From Candidatus Nanopusillus sp. (GTDB lineage: Archaea; Nanobdellota; Nanobdellia; Nanobdellales; Nanobdellaceae): a DNA stretch of 28,389 nucleotides. Position numbers and translations under genes: made by a program. Below, in pieces: positions 25,260 through 28,389 of this stretch. The stretch lies in the NCBI GenBank assembly GCA_046533775.1, contig JAWDOO010000007.1:1-28389 (forward strand), in the 5' to 3' direction. The notes under the pieces were generated by a model. The model saw nothing but the letters and a program-made list of their open reading frames with translations, made no database searches and had not been told where the DNA came from. Numbering within the stretch: the stretch's first letter is position 1; the number at the start of each line of letters is the position of its first letter.

Positions 25260-26558
25260 TCAATATAATGTTTTTTCTAATAAATTTTCTTCCTTTATTT
25301 CTAATAATTCGCCTCTTAAATCAAACGATGTAATATTATTAATTTTTACTTTTATTGTTTTTCCCAAAATATTTCTATTAGATTTTACTATAATTTGTTT
25401 ATATGCATAGTTTCTAGCAATCCATGTATTTTCATATTTTCCCTTTGATTCCACAACTGCATATCCTTCCCAATTTATCCATTCTTTATTTCTTTCATAT
25501 GCATATTTATCAAATATAATTTTTAATTTTCTAGATCTTTCTTTTACAATATGACCAGGTAATTGTTTATATAATTTATATGATAATGTTTTTGGTCTTG
25601 GCCAATATTTTGATATATTTATTATATCAAATTTTATATTTTCAACTAATTCTAATGTCTTTTTAAAATCTTCTTCAGTTTCTGTAGGATATCCAACAAT
25701 TATATCTGTTGAAATTGTTCCTTCATAATATCTTTTCCTTATTTTTTCAACCAATTCATAGAAATCTTCAATATTATATCCCCTACCCATAGTTTTCAAT
25801 ACATTGTTTGATCCTGATTGAACCGGTATATGAAAGAATTTAAATATATTTTCATTATCATAAGATTCTAATAATTTATCAATAAATTTATTTAAAATTC
25901 CTGGATTTGCCATTCCAATCCTTATATAATATTCTCCTTTAATATCTTTTAATCCAAATAATAAATCTGCTAAATCAATATTTAAATCATAACCATATGT
26001 TGCCAGATCTGTTCCTGTAAAATATATAATTTTTAATCCCTTTAATTTTGCATCTCTTACTTCTTTATAAATATATTCTGGAGGATATGATTTTGCATTA
26101 CCCCTTGCTAATTTTGTAGCACAATATAAACAATTCCATAAACATCCTTCTTGTAATATTATTGTTTTTATTGGATATTGATCTATAGAGGGTAATAGCA
26201 ATTTATTTATATTTTTTCTATCAATTAGTACATCTATTTTTCCATTTAAATAATCTTCCAAAACTTTATCTACTTCATCTATATGATCTAAACCAATTAA
26301 TGGATATCCTTTAAATAATTCGGGTTGATGTTGTACTAAACAACCTGCTAAAATTAATTTTTTATCTTTATATTTATTTAATAATTTTATTGACTTTGCT
26401 TCTGTAGGTCCTTTAACAGTACATGTATTTATTATTAATATTTCACTTTCATCAGGATTTTCTGTATATTGATATCCCTTTTTAATTAGTATATTTTTCA
26501 TTATATCTCCTTCAGCTTTATTTAATGTACATCCTAAGGTAATTATACTAAATTTCAT
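25260..26558 (-). CDS. Radical-SAM methylthiotransferase, MiaB/MtaB family (archaeal t6A37 tRNA methylthiotransferase type) with a TRAM domain
   Basis: N-terminal MTTase domain (KFSIITLGCTLNKAEGD), radical-SAM cluster EGCLWNCLYCATKLARG, and a C-terminal TRAM-like KTIKVKINNITSFDLRGELL. ATG at 26556..26558 is preferred over TTG at 26564. Confidence 0.8.
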   Translation of the reverse strand: MKFSIITLGCTLNKAEGDIMKNILIKKGYQYTENPDESEILIINTCTVKGPTEAKSIKLLNKYKDKKLILAGCLVQHQPELFKGYPLIGLDHIDEVDKVLEDYLNGKIDVLIDRKNINKLLLPSIDQYPIKTIILQEGCLWNCLYCATKLARGNAKSYPPEYIYKEVRDAKLKGLKIIYFTGTDLATYGYDLNIDLADLLFGLKDIKGEYYIRIGMANPGILNKFIDKLLESYDNENIFKFFHIPVQSGSNNVLKTMGRGYNIEDFYELVEKIRKRYYEGTISTDIIVGYPTETEEDFKKTLELVENIKFDIINISKYWPRPKTLSYKLYKQLPGHIVKERSRKLKIIFDKYAYERNKEWINWEGYAVVESKGKYENTWIARNYAYKQIIVKSNRNILGKTIKVKINNITSFDLRGELLEIKEENLLEKTLY

Positions 26559-26581
26559 AATCAAATTTTTTTAAAAAATTT

Positions 26582-27196
26582 TTATATATATTCATCTAGC
26601 CTTTTATTTTTATATTTATTTAAATATTCTCTATATTTTTCCTCATTATATTTTACTTCAATATTATCTAATCTTTTAATTGGTTTTAATTTATCATAAT
26701 ATTTAACCGCAATATAATAAAATACATATTTTGATGATACATTTAAGAAATGTGGTATAACTAAATATAAACCATTATTTGGTATTTCTTTATTTTTAAC
26801 TACTAACCAAAATAGATCTTCTAATATTCTTATATTTATTCTCAAATTATTTAATTTTTTGATTTCTTCATCATCTATATCTGAAAAATCTATAAAATTC
26901 CTTATTTTTTCTTTACCAATTTTTTCCAATTCTTCTGCCTTTTCTTCAATATATATTACATATTTTAAATATTTTTCATTTTCTTCAGGTTTAGATATCA
27001 ATAAATATATATTATTTAAAAATAGTCTAATTATTTCTAAAATTTCATCATTTATTTTCGGAAATTCATTTAATGTCTTTTCTATATATTCATAAAATAT
27101 AAACAATTCCACCCTTTTTCCTTTTTTTATAAAATCTTTATCATTTATACAATATGTATAAAAATGCTTCTTTTCGGGATCATCCTTTGGATTCAT
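26582..27196 (-). CDS. Hypothetical protein (K/E-rich, no motif recognised)
   Basis: 204-aa ORF with an ATG start and codon usage like its neighbours. Divergent from the wHTH gene across only 33 nt. Confidence 0.5.
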   Translation of the reverse strand: MNPKDDPEKKHFYTYCINDKDFIKKGKRVELFIFYEYIEKTLNEFPKINDEILEIIRLFLNNIYLLISKPEENEKYLKYVIYIEEKAEELEKIGKEKIRNFIDFSDIDDEEIKKLNNLRINIRILEDLFWLVVKNKEIPNNGLYLVIPHFLNVSSKYVFYYIAVKYYDKLKPIKRLDNIEVKYNEEKYREYLNKYKNKRLDEYI

Positions 27197-27229
27197 AAAA
27201 CATATACATTTTTCAGAATTATTAAATAT

Positions 27230-27547
27230 ATGTCAGAAGAAATAAAATTATTGGCAAAAATGTTAAAAGATGATCCTGATTATTTTAAAGTTCTAAATCA
27301 CTTAAAGATTGCGAATTTAGATTATGCAAAAAACATATCAAAATATACAAAAATTGATATTAATAAAGTAATTAAGATATTAGAAGAATTAAAAGAAATT
27401 GGTTTGATTGAAGAAGTACATATTAAAACTGTTAAGAGAACAAAAGCAAGATTAAAGAAACAATTTCAGGTTAGAATGCATCATACATATTATAAATTAA
27501 CATTATTGGGAAAACAAGTATATAAGTATTTAAGAGATAATAACTAA
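27230..27547 (+). CDS. Small winged-helix DNA-binding protein (DUF2250-like archaeal wHTH)
   Basis: 105 aa from the ATG at 27230 (MSEEIKLLAKML...). The block NISKYTKIDINKVIKILEELKEIGLIEE is typical of a wHTH recognition region. The ORF-track start at 27164 would overlap the divergent gene. Confidence 0.45.
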   Translation: MSEEIKLLAKMLKDDPDYFKVLNHLKIANLDYAKNISKYTKIDINKVIKILEELKEIGLIEEVHIKTVKRTKARLKKQFQVRMHHTYYKLTLLGKQVYKYLRDNN

Positions 27548-27548
27548 T

Positions 27549-28166
27549 ATGCCCATACTATGTTTAATAAGGCATGGTGAATCATTATGGAATAAAGAAA
27601 ATAGATTTACTGGATGGGTAGATGTACCATTAACAGATGAAGGGAGAGAACAGGCAAAAAAGGCTGGAGAAATATTAAAAGGATTAAATATAAAATTTGA
27701 TATTGCATATACAAGTTTATTATCAAGAGCAATTGAAACATTAGAAATTATTATAAAAACATTAGGATATAATATACCAATAATAAAAGATATTAGCTTA
27801 AATGAAAGACATTATGGTGATCTACAAGGATTAAATAAGGATAAAGTTGCAGAAATATATGGAAAAGAACAGGTAAAATTATGGAGAAGAAGTTTAAAAG
27901 TAAAACCTCCAAATGGGGAAAGTTTAGAAGATACACAAAAAAGAACTTTACCATTTTTTGAAAGGGCAATAAAGGGAGATTTAGAATTAAATAAAAATGT
28001 TTTAGTTGTTGCTCATGGAAATAGCTTAAGGTCAATTGTTTCATATATTGAAAATTTAAATGAAGAACAAATACTAAATTTAGAAATTGAACCTGCAACA
28101 CCAATTTTATATGATTATGATATAAATAATAAGAAATTTTATAATAAGAGAATATTAAAAATTTAA
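27549..28166 (+). CDS. gpmA: 2,3-bisphosphoglycerate-dependent phosphoglycerate mutase (histidine phosphatase superfamily)
   Basis: LIRHGESLWNKENRFTGWVDVPLT (RHGE catalytic motif) and VVAHGNSLRS. It starts 1 nt after the wHTH stop. Confidence 0.85.
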   Translation: MPILCLIRHGESLWNKENRFTGWVDVPLTDEGREQAKKAGEILKGLNIKFDIAYTSLLSRAIETLEIIIKTLGYNIPIIKDISLNERHYGDLQGLNKDKVAEIYGKEQVKLWRRSLKVKPPNGESLEDTQKRTLPFFERAIKGDLELNKNVLVVAHGNSLRSIVSYIENLNEEQILNLEIEPATPILYDYDINNKKFYNKRILKI

Positions 28167-28169
28167 TAT

Positions 28170-28244
28170 GCCGCGGTGCCCGAGTGGCCTAAGGGGGAGG
28201 GCTGCAGACCCTCTTCATCAGGGGTTCGAATCCCCTCCGCGGCT
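28170..28244 (+). tRNA. tRNA-Cys(GCA)
   Basis: Hand-folded. Acceptor GCCGCGG/CCGCGGC with discriminator U (a Cys identity element). Anticodon stem GAGGG/CCCTC with loop CTGCAGA. T arm AGGGG-TTCGAAT-CCCCT. No encoded CCA. The D arm (CCC-GAGTGGCCTAA-GGG) and the 6-nt variable loop are somewhat atypical. Confidence 0.85.
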
Positions 28245-28389
28245 ATTTTGTTATAAAATCTTTTCCAGCATATTGCCTTAATATTCCAGGTATTAATATT
28301 CTATTATTTTTATAATCATAGTTATTTTCCATTATACATGTTAATGTTCTTTGTATTGCAGATAATGTACAATTTAATGTATGTACGTA
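28243..28389 (-). CDS. serS: Seryl-tRNA synthetase, C-terminal 48 codons (partial, runs off the window end)
   Basis: The minus-strand translation YVHTLNCTLSAIQRTLTCIMENNYDYKNNRILIPGILRQYAGKDFITK* matches the class-II motif 3 / C-terminal pattern of SerS (HTLNG..A..RT..AILEN...IP..L..Y). The stop at 28243..28245 overlaps the last 2 nt of tRNA-Cys on the opposite strand. Confidence 0.65.
   Translation of the reverse strand, partial: YVHTLNCTLSAIQRTLTCIMENNYDYKNNRILIPGILRQYAGKDFITK

Noticed and set aside
1-28389. CRISPR arrays, transposases/integrases/IS ends, rRNA
   Set aside because: I looked for regularly spaced 24-40 nt direct repeats and for DDE, tyrosine or serine recombinase-like ORFs and found none. 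The only long repeat is the 357-bp GT2 duplication. The only GC-rich RNA-like segments are the two tRNAs and the short hairpin at 16612.

Overview
Extremely AT-rich, gene-dense archaeal window. GC is about 20-27% in the 60-nt lines I hand-counted; no whole-window value was computed. Most genes are on the minus strand. Two GC-rich tRNAs stand out: tRNA-Tyr with a canonical bulge-helix-bulge intron, and tRNA-Cys. Together with short intergenic spacers and orphaned enzyme subunits, this fits a small-genome thermophilic archaeon of the Nanoarchaeota/DPANN kind. That taxonomic placement is inference only.

Contents:
1. Core metabolism and translation: ADP-forming acetyl-CoA synthetase beta subunit, SPOUT/DUF171 methyltransferase, pyruvate kinase, phosphomannomutase/phosphoglucomutase, fused gamma-alpha 2-oxoacid:ferredoxin oxidoreductase subunit, MtaB-type methylthiotransferase, dPGM-type phosphoglycerate mutase, and the serS 3' end.
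2. A surface-glycan island of about 13 kb (about 3.8-16.6 kb): PMM/PGM, an FkbM methyltransferase, two GT4 genes, one GT2 gene, divergent rmlDC/rmlAB (complete dTDP-rhamnose pathway), and a membrane-anchored Q/N-rich coiled-coil protein.
3. Clear signs of duplication and decay in and around that island: a 357-bp near-identical second copy of the GT2 5' end at the window edge, an internally deleted FkbM ghost gene, two FkbM paralogs each broken by a single-base frameshift at an A/T run, a multiply disrupted NDP-sugar pyrophosphorylase pseudogene, and a fossil GT4 5' end.
4. The most novel-looking element is a same-strand module at 16.8-20.0 kb. It has a COG1373-type AAA+ ATPase with a PD-(D/E)xK-like C-terminus, itself frameshifted near its 5' end. 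Two tandem, divergent paralogs follow it; both carry HExxH motifs and I cannot assign them to any named family. Palindromic ATTAGAAG motifs lie upstream of the module.
5. Also present: a putative secreted TIM-barrel hydrolase-like protein preceded by a translationally coupled small ORF (both have twin-arginine-like N-termini), an HTH plus coiled-coil regulator, a Pyr_excise-family UV DNA glycosylase, and small membrane proteins.

No CRISPR array, transposase, integrase or rRNA was seen.
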